Assembly (NCBI GenBank): GCA_002269645.1
Contig: NIVC01001341.1
Coordinates: 1 to 64,000, forward strand
DNA from: Macrostomum lignano
Taxonomy: Eukaryota
Reading direction: 5' to 3'
Length of the DNA stretch: 64,000 nt
This document shows positions 26,953 through 38,114 of this stretch, in pieces. Numbering within the stretch: the first letter of the stretch is position 1; each line of letters opens with the position of its first letter. The position numbers and the translations under genes were made by a program. The notes beneath the pieces were generated by a model that saw only the letters and a program-made list of their open reading frames with translations, was not told the DNA's origin and made no database searches.

Positions 26953-28613
26953 ACAGTAAGGGCAAATACATTGAGTTACTAATTCACAGCATAACTGTTG
27001 ACCGCCCGTTAATCTCCGCACAGATAACAACCACGGCGGTGTCTGGCATTCTGGGCTCGTCAGTGAGCAAACAATGGAATCCCTATCAGAGAGTGATCAG
27101 CGTCCTTGATCAGACTCTGTCAGCATTTGTGCCGCCCGGGGCGGGAATCTACGGTCTCGGCTTTGGTCACGACGCAACGTCGACAGACGCTCCGACTTCC
27201 TCCGTGTTCAATCTGGCTAGCGAGTGTGGTATCGCCCAGTTTGCTAATCGGTCGCAATTCCGTAATCTCCGCGAACTGCTAACCGCCTATAATAAGCTGG
27301 CCTGCAGTCTGCCATTGGGCGGGCCCACCGACTTGGCTGGCGTTATAAGGCGCAGCGTTGATCTAGTGCGTCAGTCTGGCGGTGACTATCACGTGCTGGT
27401 CATTATCACTGACGGGCAGTTGAGCGGCAACCCGCAGGTACTTCATGTTCACAGATTAGATCCCTATTTGACATAAAGTAGATCATGCTTGACCCAAAGT
27501 AGATGTCTGTGCTTGACCTGGTGTAGATTTATATGCTTGACCCAAAGGAGATCTCTGATTGACCCAAAGGAGATCTCTATGCTTGACCCAGTATAGATCC
27601 CTATGCTTGACCCAAAGGAGATCTCTATGCTTGACCCAAAAGAGATCTCTATGCTTGACCCAGTATAGATCCCTATGCTTGACCCAAAGGAGATATCTGC
27701 TTGACCCAAAGGAGATTTCTATACTTGACCCAAAGTAGATCCCTATGCTTGACCCAAAGGAGATCTCTGCTTGACCCAAAGGAGATCTCTATGCTTGACC
27801 CAGTATAGATCCCTATGCTTGACCCAAAGGAGATCTCTATGCTTGACCCAAAGGAGATCTCTATGCTTGACCCAGTATAGATCCCTATGTTTGACCCAAA
27901 GGAGATCTCTATGCTTGACCCAAAGGAGATCTCTATGCTTGACCCAGTATGGATCCCTATGTTTGACCCAGTATAGATCCGTATGCTTGACCCAAAGGAG
28001 ATCTTTATGCTTGACCCAGTATAGATCCCTATGCTTGACCCAAAGGAGATCTCTATGCTTGGTCCAGTATAGATCCCTATGCTTGACCCAGTATAGATCC
28101 CTATGCTTGACCCAAAGGAGATTTCTATACTTGACCCAAAGTAGATCTCTATACTTGACCCAAAGCAGAACCCTAAGCTTGACCTAAAGTAGATCTCTCT
28201 GCGTGACTCAAAGTAATGACCCATACTGTATTTCTATTGAAATCTAGACCCAAAGTAGATTTTACTAAACTTGACCCAAAGTAGGTCTCTGCTTGACCCA
28301 GATTTGACCAATAACGGACCCAATCCAATGGCCCCAATCGCAGGACAGTATCGACGCAATCGTGGACGCCTCGGACCACCCGCTGAGCATAGTGGTAATT
28401 GGAGTTGGCGACGGTCCGTTCCACGACATGTGCGAATTTGACGACAGTTTGATTCGTCGGAAATTTGACAACTTTCAGTTTGTGGACTATCACCGGGTGA
28501 CGGCCAAGGCTAAGAATGCCGACCAGTCGCTGGCGCTGCACTGCCTGATGGAAATACCCGACCAGTACAAATCTATTGTTCGCCAGGGCTATCTGAAACC
28601 TGCGAGCGGTTGA
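21329..28613 (+). CDS. Copine-family vWA-domain protein without C2 domains, with N-terminal hydrophobic segments (~419 aa); exons 21329-21904, 27024-27437, 28344-28613
   Basis: IVAVDFSASNEWQGRRTF..LH, NPYQRVIS, GGPTDLA, YHVLVIITDGQ and LSIVVIGVGDGPFHDMCEFDD..RKFDNFQFV are copine/RGLG-type vWA motifs. Phase-0 junctions. Confidence 0.85.
21925..22955. repeat. 26-bp minisatellite, copine intron 1
   Basis: Unit GATTCTCAGTTGAGTTCTGAGGTGTC/GAT. Confidence 0.95.
23339..24096 (-). pseudogene. Intronless secreted C-type lectin + PAN/apple-like protein nested antisense in copine intron 1, with a 1-nt frameshift at ~23622
   Basis: Signal peptide, then CTLD pattern C..C/WCEANQQC/LWLGL/DC..WC..FACEY. 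A second frame continues LDPATQ...HCVAAA..GNCRHVLYNSKLKVCRLLLFTDA. One extra T (GAA TAT TTG GAC) joins the two frames. Could be intact if this is a consensus error. Confidence 0.7.
24452..24830. repeat. 28-bp minisatellite
   Basis: Unit CTACTGAGGATCTGGGAGGCTGGCCCAG. Confidence 0.93.
25444..26762 (-). mobile_element. Full-length mariner (DD34D) DNA transposon, 1319 bp
   Basis: Perfect 26-bp TIRs CGAGGGGTGATCAAAAAGTTCTGCAA (25444-25469, 26737-26762) flanked by TA on both sides. Internal transposase. Confidence 0.96.
25517..26579 (-). pseudogene. Mariner transposase, frameshifted near 26493
   Basis: METSKDSVRFYIF..TEIHTMF then +1 shift to VNVLADSAP. Motifs RWVPHLLT, ITGD, HHDNAAPH and YSLDLAPSD, with 34 residues between the 2nd and 3rd Asp. 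Confidence 0.9.
26890..26950. repeat. (GA)n microsatellite
   Basis: Direct reading. Confidence 0.95.
27480..28310. repeat. 24-bp minisatellite, copine intron 2
   Basis: Unit GCTTGACCCAAAGGAGATCTCTAT / GCTTGACCCAGTATAGATCCCTAT. Confidence 0.93.
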
Positions 28614-28619
28614 GTTTGA

Positions 28620-29725
28620 AAATCGCCTATGAGAATCGCCCTAGATTATCGCCGAGTATGAGAATCCCCCTAGATTATCGTCTACTCTGAGAATCGCCCC
28701 AGATTATCGTCTACTCTGAGAATCGCCCCAGATTATCGTCTACTCTGGGAATCCCCTTAGATTATCGCCTCTTCTGGGAATCCCCCTAGATTATCGCCTA
28801 CTCTGAGAATCCCCCTAGATTATCGCCTACTCTGGGAATCCCCCTAGATTATCGTCTACTCTGAGAATCGCCCCAGATTATCGTCTACTCTGAGAATCGC
28901 CCTAGATTATCGTCTACTCTGAGAATCGCCCTAGATTATCGTCTACTCTGAGAATCGCCCCAGATTATCGTCTACTCTGAGAATCGCCCCAGATTATCGT
29001 CTACTCTGAGAATCGCTCTAGATTATCGTCTACTCTGAGAATCCCCCTAGATTATCGCCTACTCTGAGAATCCCCCTAGATTATCGTCTACTCTGAGAAT
29101 CGCCCTAGATTATCGTCTACTCTGAGAATCGCCCCAGATTATCGTCTACTCTGAGAATCGCCCTAGATTATCGTCTACTCTGAGAATCGCCCCAGATTAT
29201 CGTCTACTCTGAGAATCGCTCTAGATTATCGTCTACTCTGAGAATCGCTCTAGATTATCGTCTACTCTGAGAATCGCTCTAGATTATCGTCTACTCTGAG
29301 AATCGCTCTAGATTATCGTCTACTCTGAGAATCGCTCTAGATTATCGTCTACTCTGAGAATCGCTCTAGATTATCGTCTACTCTGAGAATCGCTCTAGAT
29401 TATCGTCTACTCTGAGAATCGCTCTAGATTATCGTCTACTCTGAGAATCGCTCTAGATTATCGTCTACTCTGAGAATCGCTCTAGATTATCGTCTACTCT
29501 GAGAATCGCTCTAGATTATCGTCTACTCTGAGAATCGCTCTAGATTATCGTCTACTCTGAGAATCGCTCTAGATTATCGTCTACTCTGAGAATCGCCCTA
29601 GATTATCGTCTACTCTGAGAATCGCTCTAGATTATCGTCTACTCTGAGAATCGCTCTAGATTATCGTCTACTCTGAGAATCGCTCTAGATTATCGTCTAC
29701 TCTGAGAATCGCTCTAGATTATCGC
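28620..29725. repeat. 29-bp minisatellite (copy A)
   Basis: Unit GAGAATCGCTCTAGATTATCGTCTACTCT. Confidence 0.95.
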
Positions 29726-30529
29726 CTATAAAATTGACCATAAAGGTATCTAGATTTTATAAAGATATTTTTCCTTTAATTTTTGTTTAAATTCTCAATA
29801 TCAGTAAAGTTTTTTTGCAATTGTTGATGATATTATCACAAGAATAAAATAGGATATATATTTTATGGTATACTTTTTATTGTTCCCTACATAAATAATT
29901 ACCAGCTGCGATGTTTTTGCTCCGTTACAAGCCATTTATAATTCCTTCTGTGGTATATGGTTGTGTTTTATAGCAGTTTATTTGATGTGATGCTTTAGTT
30001 CCTCATTTTAGTTCTTCATTTTAGTTCCTCATTTTAGTTCCTCTTTTTTACAATTATTTATTTTTCATTTCTATATATACATTGTGAATCCTAAATTTAT
30101 ATATTGTATTTTATGTAAAGACTGTGCAATTGTTATTTATGAAGCATTTTACTGCTATTACAAATGGAGTTGTTTACTGTTTATTGTTTAATTGTTTCAT
30201 TTTAACTCCATTAATGGATTTAATAGAGTTAAAATTAATTTTACTCCATAAATGTATAACTATAATATTCCAGTAGTGGTACTTATAGTAACTAGATGTA
30301 ATTTAATTTATTTAATAAATTAAAATAATTAAAATAATTAAAATAAAATAATAATATTTAATTTTTAAATAAATTTCTATTACAATTTCTAGGCAGATCA
30401 AATATTTTCAAAAAATATGTTAGTCTTTTATTTTTTATTTTCTAAAAGTTAAGTGTTACCTAATCATATGTGTCATTTATAAGAATCCCGTTTATAAAAC
30501 GTTCATTTTTAATAAGATTCTAATTCCTA

Positions 30530-33085
30530 AGCATCTTTCTTATTTCTAAGAATCTTATTTCTTGGAAGCTCATTTAAAAAAATCTCATTTCTTGGAAGCT
30601 CATTTCTAATAATCTCACTTCTTGGAAGCTTATTTTGTAAGAATCTCATTTCTTGGAAGCTCATTTCTAATAATCTCACTTCTTGGAAGCTTATTTTGTG
30701 AGAATCTCACTTCTTGGAAGCTTATTTCTAAGAATCTCATTTCTTGGAAGCTCATTTCAAAAAATCTCATTTCTTGGAAGCTTATTTTGTAAGAATCTCA
30801 TTTCTTGGAAGCTTATTTCTAAGAATCTCATTTCTTGGAAGCTTATTTCTAAGAATCTCATTTCTTGGAAGCTTATTTCTAAGAATCTCACTTCTTGGAA
30901 GCTCATTTCTAAAAATCTCATTTCTTGGAAGCTCATTTCTAAGAATCTTATTTCTTGGAAGCTCATTTCTAATAATCTCACTTCTTGGAAGCCTTTTTCT
31001 AAGAATCTCATTTCTTGAAAACTCATTTCAAAGAATCTCACTTCTTGGAAGCTCATTTCTAAGAATCTCATTTCTTGGAAGCCTTTTTCTAAGAATATCA
31101 TTTCTTGGAAGCCTTTTTCTAAGAATCTCACTTCTTGGAAGCCTTTTTCTAAGAATCTCCTTGGAAGCTCATTTCTAAGAATCTTATTTCTTGGAAGCCT
31201 TTTTCTAAGAATCTCATTTCTTGGAAGCTCATTTCTGAGAGTCTCATTTCTTGGAAGCCTTTTTCTAAGAATCTCATTTCTTGGAAGCTCATTTCAAGAA
31301 TCTCATTTCTTGGAAGCTCATTTCAAAGAATCTCACTTCTTGGAAGCCTTTTTCTAAGAATCTCATTTCTTGGAAACTCATTTCAAAGAATCTCACTTCT
31401 TGGAAGCTCATTTCTAAGAATCTCATTTCTTGGAAGCCTTTTTCTAAGAATCTCATTTCTTGGAAGCCTTTTTCTAAGAATCTCACTTCTTGGAAGCTTA
31501 TTTCTAAGAATCTCATTTCTTGGAAGCTCATTTCTAAGAATCTCATTTCTTGGAAGCTCATTTCTAAGAATCTCATTTATTGGAAGCTCATTTCTAAGAA
31601 TCTCATTTCTTGGAAGCTCATTTCTAAGAATCCCATTTCTCTCATTTCTTCTTTCTTCTTGGAAGCTCATTTCTAAGAATCTCATTTCTTGGAAGCTCAT
31701 TTCTAAGAATCTCATTTCTTGGAAGCTCATTTCTAAGAATCCCACTTCTTGGAAGCTCATTTCTAAGAATCCCACTTCTTGGAAGCCTTTTTCTAAGAAT
31801 CTCATTTATTGGAAACTCATTTCAAAGAATCTCATTTCTGGGAAGCTCATTTCTAAGAATCCCACTTCTTGGAAGCTTATTTTGTAAGAATCTCGCTTCT
31901 TGGAAGCTCATTTCTAAGAATCTCATTTCTTGGAAGCTCATTTCAAAAAATCTCATTTCTTGGAAGCTTATTTTGTAAGAATCTCATTTCTTGGAAGCTC
32001 ATTTCTAAAAATCCCACTTCTTGGAAGCCTTTTTCTAAGAATCTCATTTATTGGAAACTCATTTCAAAGAATCTCACTTCTTGGAAGCTTATTTCTAAGA
32101 ATCTCATTTCTTGTAAGCTCATTTCTGAGAGTCTCATTTCTTGGAAGCTCATTTCTAAGAATCTTATTTCTTGGAAGCTCATTTCTAATAATCTCACTTC
32201 TTGGAAGCCTTTTTCTAAGAATCTCATTTCTTGAAAACTCATTTCAAAGAATCTCACTTCTTGGAAGCTCATTTCTAAGAATCTCATTTCTTGGAAGCCT
32301 TTTTCTAAGAATATCATTTCTTGGAAGTCTTTTTCTAAGAATCTCACTTCTTGGAAGCTTATTTCTAAGAATCTCATTTCTTGGAAGCTCATTTCTAAGA
32401 ATCTCATTTCTTGGAAGCCTTTTTCTAAGAATCTCACTTCTTGGAAGCTCATTTCTAAGAATCTCATTTATTGGAAGCTCATTTCTAAGAATCTCATTTC
32501 TTGGAAGCTCATTTCTAAGAATCTCATTTCTTGGAAGCTCATTTCTAAGAATCCCATTTCTCTCATTTCTTCTTTCTTCTTGGAAGCTCATTTCTAAGAA
32601 TCTCATTTCTTGGAAGCTCATTTCTAAGAATCCCACTTCTTGGAAGCTCATTTCTAAGAATCCCACTTCTTGGAAGCCTTTTTCTAAGAATCTCATTTAT
32701 TGGAAACTCATTTCAAAGAATCTCATTTCTGGGAAGCTCATTTTTAAGAAGCCCACTTCTTGGAAGCTTATTTTGTAAGAATCTCACTTCTTGGAAGCTC
32801 ATTTCTAAGAATCTCATTTCTTGGAAGCTCATTTCAAAAAATCTCATTTCTTGGAAGCTTATTTTGTAAGAATCTCATTTCTTGGAAGCTCATTTCTAAA
32901 AATCCCACTTCTTGGAAGCCTTTTTCTAAGAATCTCATTTATTGGAAACTCATTTCAAAGAATCTCACTTCTTGGAAGCTTATTTCTAAGAATCTCATTT
33001 CTTGTAAGCTCATTTCTGAGAGTCTCATTTCTTGGAAGCTCATTTCTAAGAATCTCATTTCTATAAATCCCATTTCTAAGAATAT
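30530..33085. repeat. 30-bp minisatellite (copy A) with ~890-bp higher-order duplication
   Basis: Unit TTTCTTGGAAGCTCATTTCTAAGAATCTCA; the variant pattern at 31869 recurs at 32760. Confidence 0.95.
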
Positions 33086-33343
33086 TTTCCTTTTTTCAAA
33101 AACCCTCTAGTCAATTTGTAAGAATGACTTTAACCCAATTTCTGCAATTCTTTTATGAATTAGCTATCTGTATTAAACCTTATCCATCTTATATTAAAGA
33201 CTCGTCGTTAATTGCATTTTTTTTAAATCAGCTTGTTAATAGTTTTCTAGGAATCGCCTTACAGTCAGTTACAACGTTTCTTGGAGTTTCCAGGCTCTAT
33301 TTAATCGCGTAACTATATTGAAAGCATTCTTGTTAATATTTGC

Positions 33344-34188
33344 ATGTCCGACTCTTCAACACCGCCAGCTCAGCCCAGTCGCGAACCCTTATTGAGCGAA
33401 GCAGCAGACCAGTCTGTTAACAGCAAAGAAGATAAAGCCAATAAATTGCCAGTCATGAATGAGGGCATCGCTCAGAGTTTGCCAAGCAAAGGCATGGTAC
33501 TTATAGCTGGCAATTCTCACCCGGAATTTGCTAAACTAGTAGCTAAATATCTATCCGTACCATTGGGCAGCGTGTCTGTTGGTCCGAAGAGCAACAATGA
33601 GACTGGCGTAGAGATTAACGAAACAGTTCGCAGTCGCGATGTCTACATTATACAGACTGGCACTAAGAATGTCAATAACGACATTATGGAACTACTAGTG
33701 ATGATGTACGCCTGCAAAACTTCTGACGCTCGAACTATTAATGTTATAATGCCCTATCTGCCCTACTGTAAGCAGAGTAAGATGCGCAAACGAGGCTCGA
33801 TTGTTAGCCATTTATTGGCTAGGCTATTCTGCCGGACAGGCTTGAATCGTATGATAACAATCGACTTGCATAAGAAAGAGATTCAAGGCTTCTACAATGT
33901 TCCAGTTGATAATTTGCGCGCATCGTCCTTCCTCATCCAGTACGTGACCAGTAACGTGTCGGACTATCGGAATGCAGTGATAGTAGCCAGGAATGCCGCC
34001 GCGATGCAGAGAGCTACGTCTTATTCCGAACGGCTCCGCCTGCCATTGGCTGTCATTCACGGCGAAGAGCACTCGGAATCCGAACGATCCGATGGTAGGA
34101 ATTCGCCGCCGCCGTTGCAGCTGTCTGGCGGCGGCGACAGTGCTGTCGCAGTCGAAGGCGGGCGAACCTCTGGAGATGAAAAGAGCAG
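33344..34188 (+). CDS. PRPSAP: Duplicate copy of PRPSAP exon 1, followed by the duplicated copine last exon instead of its own downstream exons
   Basis: Translation identical to 40868-41712. Donor AG|GTGATT at 34189. Confidence 0.8.
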
Positions 34189-34369
34189 GTGATTATTCTG
34201 CAGATAAAAATTTCCATAGCATAGCTCTTAGAGAGACTATGCCGCTTCTTTTGCTAAGCAGTAAAACGACTGAACTACTTGGTTTCATCAAGGACCACTG
34301 TAAATATAGTAGGACCTTAAACTCAAAGATCGTGTAGTTTTTTGGAGGCCAATTTCCTGGGGAAAAAAG

Positions 34370-35160
34370 TAGATCTCTATGCTTGACCCAAAGTAGATCC
34401 CTATGCTTGACCCAAAGTAGATCCCTGTGCTTGACCCATGTAGATCCCTGTGCTTGACCCAAAGTAGATCCCTATTCTTGACCCAAAGTAGATCCCTATT
34501 CTTGACCCAAAGTAGATCCCTATGCTTGACCCAAAGTAGATCCCTATTCTTGACCCAAAGTAGATCCCTATGCTTGACCCAAAGTAGATCCCTATGCTTG
34601 ACCCAAAGTAGATCCCTATGCTTGACCCAAAGTAGATCCCTATGCTTGACCCAAAGTAGATCCCTATTCTTGACCCAAAGTAGATCCCTATGCTTGACCC
34701 AAAGTAGATCCCTGTGCTTGACCCAAAGTAGATCCCTATGCTTGACCCAAAGTAGATCCCTGTGCTTGACTCAAAGTAGATCCCTATGCTTGACCCAAAG
34801 TAGATCCCTATGCTTGACCCAAAGTAGATCCCTATGCTTGACCCAAAGTAGATCCCTATGCTTGACCCAAAGTAGATCCCTGTGCTTGACTCAAAGTAGA
34901 TCCCTATGCTTGACCCAAAGTAGATCCCTATGCTTGACCCAAAGTAGATCCCTATTCTTGACCTAAAGTAGATCCCTATGCTTGACCCAAAGTAGATCTC
35001 TATACTTGACCCAAAGCAGAACCCTAAGCTTGACCTAAAGTAGATCTCTCTGCGTGACTCAAAGTAATGACCCATACTGTATTTCTATTGAAATCTAGAC
35101 CCAAAGTAGATTTTACTAAACTTGACCCAAAGTAGGTCTCTGCTTGACCCAGATTTGACC
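34370..35160. repeat. Hybrid 24-bp array containing the duplication junction
   Basis: Left part matches 41895-42500; right part matches 28133-28310. Confidence 0.9.
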
Positions 35161-35194
35161 AATAACGGACCCAATCCAATGGCCCCAATCGCAG

Positions 35195-35464
35195 GACAGT
35201 ATCGACGCAATCGTGGACGCCTCGGACCACCCGCTGAGCATAGTGGTAATTGGAGTTGGCGACGGTCCGTTCCACGACATGTGCGAATTTGACGACAGTT
35301 TGATTCGTCGGAAATTTGACAACTTTCAGTTTGTGGACTATCACCGGGTGACGGCCAAGGCTAAGAATGCCGACCAGTCGCTGGCGCTGCACTGCCTGAT
35401 GGAAATACCCGACCAGTACAAATCTATTGTTCGCCAGGGCTATCTGAAACCTGCGAGCGGTTGA
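35195..35464 (+). pseudogene. Orphan duplicate of the copine-family last exon
   Basis: Same translation as 28344-28613 and the same acceptor context. No copine upstream exons precede it. Confidence 0.8.
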
Positions 35465-35469
35465 GTTTG

Positions 35470-37320
35470 AAAATCGCCTATGAGAATCGCCCTAGATTAT
35501 CGCCGAGTATGAGAATCCCCCTAGATTATCGTCTACTCTGAGAATCGCCCCAGATTATCGTCTACTCTGAGAATCGCCCCAGATTATCGTCTACTCTAGA
35601 TTATCGCCTCTTCTGGAATCCCCCTAGATTATCGCCTACTCTGAGAATCGCCCTAGATTATCGTCTACTCTGAGAATCGCTCTAGATTATCGTCTACTCT
35701 GAGAATCGCCCCAGATTATCGTCTACTCTGAGAATCGCCCCAGATTATCGTCTACTCTGGGAATCCCCTTAGATTATCGCCTCTTCTGGGAATCCCCCTA
35801 GATTATCGCCTACTCTGAGAATCGCCCTAGATTATCGTCTACTCTGAGAATCGCCCTAGATTATCGCCTACTCTGAGAATCCCCCTAGATTATCGCCTAC
35901 TCTGAGAATCCCCCTAGATTATCGCCTACTCTGGGAATCCCCCTAGATTATCGTCTACTCTGAGAATCGCCCCAGATTATCGTCTACTCTGAGAATCGCC
36001 CTAGATTATCGTCTACTCTGAGAATCGCCCCAGATTATCGTCTACTCTGAGAATCGCTCTAGATTATCGTCTACTCTGAGAATCGCTCTAGATTATCGTC
36101 TACTCTGAGAATCGCTCTAGATTATCGTCTACTCTGAGAATCGCTCTAGATTATCGTCTACTCTGAGAATCGCTCTAGATTATCGTCTACTCTGAGAATC
36201 GCTCTAGATTATCGTCTACTCTGAGAATCGCTCTAGATTATCGTCTACTCTGAGAATCGCCCTAGATTATCGTCTACTCTGAGAATCGCTCTAGATTATC
36301 GTCTACTCTGAGAATCGCTCTAGATTATCGTCTACTCTGAGAATCGCTCTAGATTATCGTCTACTCTGAGAATCGCTCTAGATTATCGTCTACTCTGAGA
36401 ATCGCTCTAGATTATCGTCTACTCTGAGAATCGCTCTAGTTTATCGTCTACTCTGAGAATCGCCCCAGATTATCGTCTACTCTGAGAATCGCCCTAGATT
36501 ATCGTCTACTCTGAGAATCGCCCCAGATTATCGTCTACTCTGAGAATCGCTCTAGATTATCGTCTACTCTGAGAATCGCTCTAGATTATCGTCTACTCTG
36601 AGAATCGCTCTAGATTATCGTCTACTCTGAGAATCGCTCTAGATTATCGTCTACTCTGAGAATCGCTCTAGATTATCGTCTACTCTGAGAATCGCTCTAG
36701 ATTATCGTCTACTCTGAGAATCGCTCTAGATTATCGTCTACTCTGAGAATCGCTCTAGATTATCGCCTACTCTGAGAATCGCCCTAGATTATCGTCTACT
36801 CTGAGAATCGCTCTAGATTATCGTCTACTCTGAGAATCGCCCCAGATTATCGTCTACTCTGAGAATCGCTCTAGATTATCGTCTACTCTGAGAATCGCTC
36901 TAGATTATCGTCTACTCTGAGAATCGCTCTAGATTATCGTCTACTCTGAGAATCGCTCTAGATTATCGCCTACTCTGAGAATCGCCCTAGATTATCGTCT
37001 ACTCTGAGAATCGCTCTAGATTATCGTCTACTCTGAGAATCGCCCCAGATTATCGTCTACTCTGAGAATCGCTCTAGATTATCGTCTACTCTGAGAATCG
37101 CTCTAGATTATCGTCTACTCTGAGAATCGCTCTAGATTATCGTCTACTCTGAGAATCGCTCTAGATTATCGTCTACTCTGAGAATCGCCCTAGATTATCG
37201 TCTACTCTGAGAATCGCTCTAGATTATCGTCTACTCTGAGAATCGCTCTAGATTATCGTCTACTCTGAGAATCGCTCTAGATTATCGTCTACTCTGAGAA
37301 TCGCTCTAGATTATCGCCTA
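35470..37320. repeat. 29-bp minisatellite (copy B, longer)
   Basis: Same unit as 28620-29725; ~1.85 kb versus ~1.1 kb. Confidence 0.95.
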
Positions 37321-38114
37321 TAAAATTGACCATAAAGGTATCTAGATTTTATAAAGATATTTTTCCTTTAATTTTTGTTTAAATTCTCAATATCAGTAAA
37401 GTTTTTTTGCAATTGTTGATGATATTATCACAAGAATAAAATAGGATATATATTTTATGGTATACTTTTTATTGTTCCCTACATAAATAATTACCAGCTG
37501 CGATGTTTTTGCTCCGTTACAAGCCATTTATAATTCCTTCTGTGGTATATGGTTGTGTTTTATAGCAGTTTATTTGATGTGATGCTTTAGTTCCTCATTT
37601 TAGTTCTTCATTTTAGTTCCTCATTTTAGTTCCTCTTTTTTACAATTATTTATTTTTCATTTCTATATATACATTGTGAATCCTAAATTTATATATTGTA
37701 TTTTATGTAAAGACTGTGCAATTGTTATTTATGAAGCATTTTACTGCTATTACAAATGGAGTTGTTTACTGTTTATTGTTTAATTGTTTCATTTTAACTC
37801 CATTAATGGATTTAATAGAGTTAAAATTAATTTTACTCCATAAATGTATAACTATAATATTCCAGTAGTGGTACTTATAGTAACTAGATGTAATTTAATT
37901 TATTTAATAAATTAAAATAATTAAAATAAAATAATAATATTTAATTTTTAAATAAATTTCTATTACAATTTCTAGGCAGATCAAATATTTTCAAAAAATA
38001 TGTTAGTCTTTTATTTTTTATTTTCTAAAAGTTAAGTGTTACCTAATCATATGTGTCATTTATAAGAATCCCGTTTATAAAACGTTCATTTTTAATAAGA
38101 TTCTAATTCCTAAG

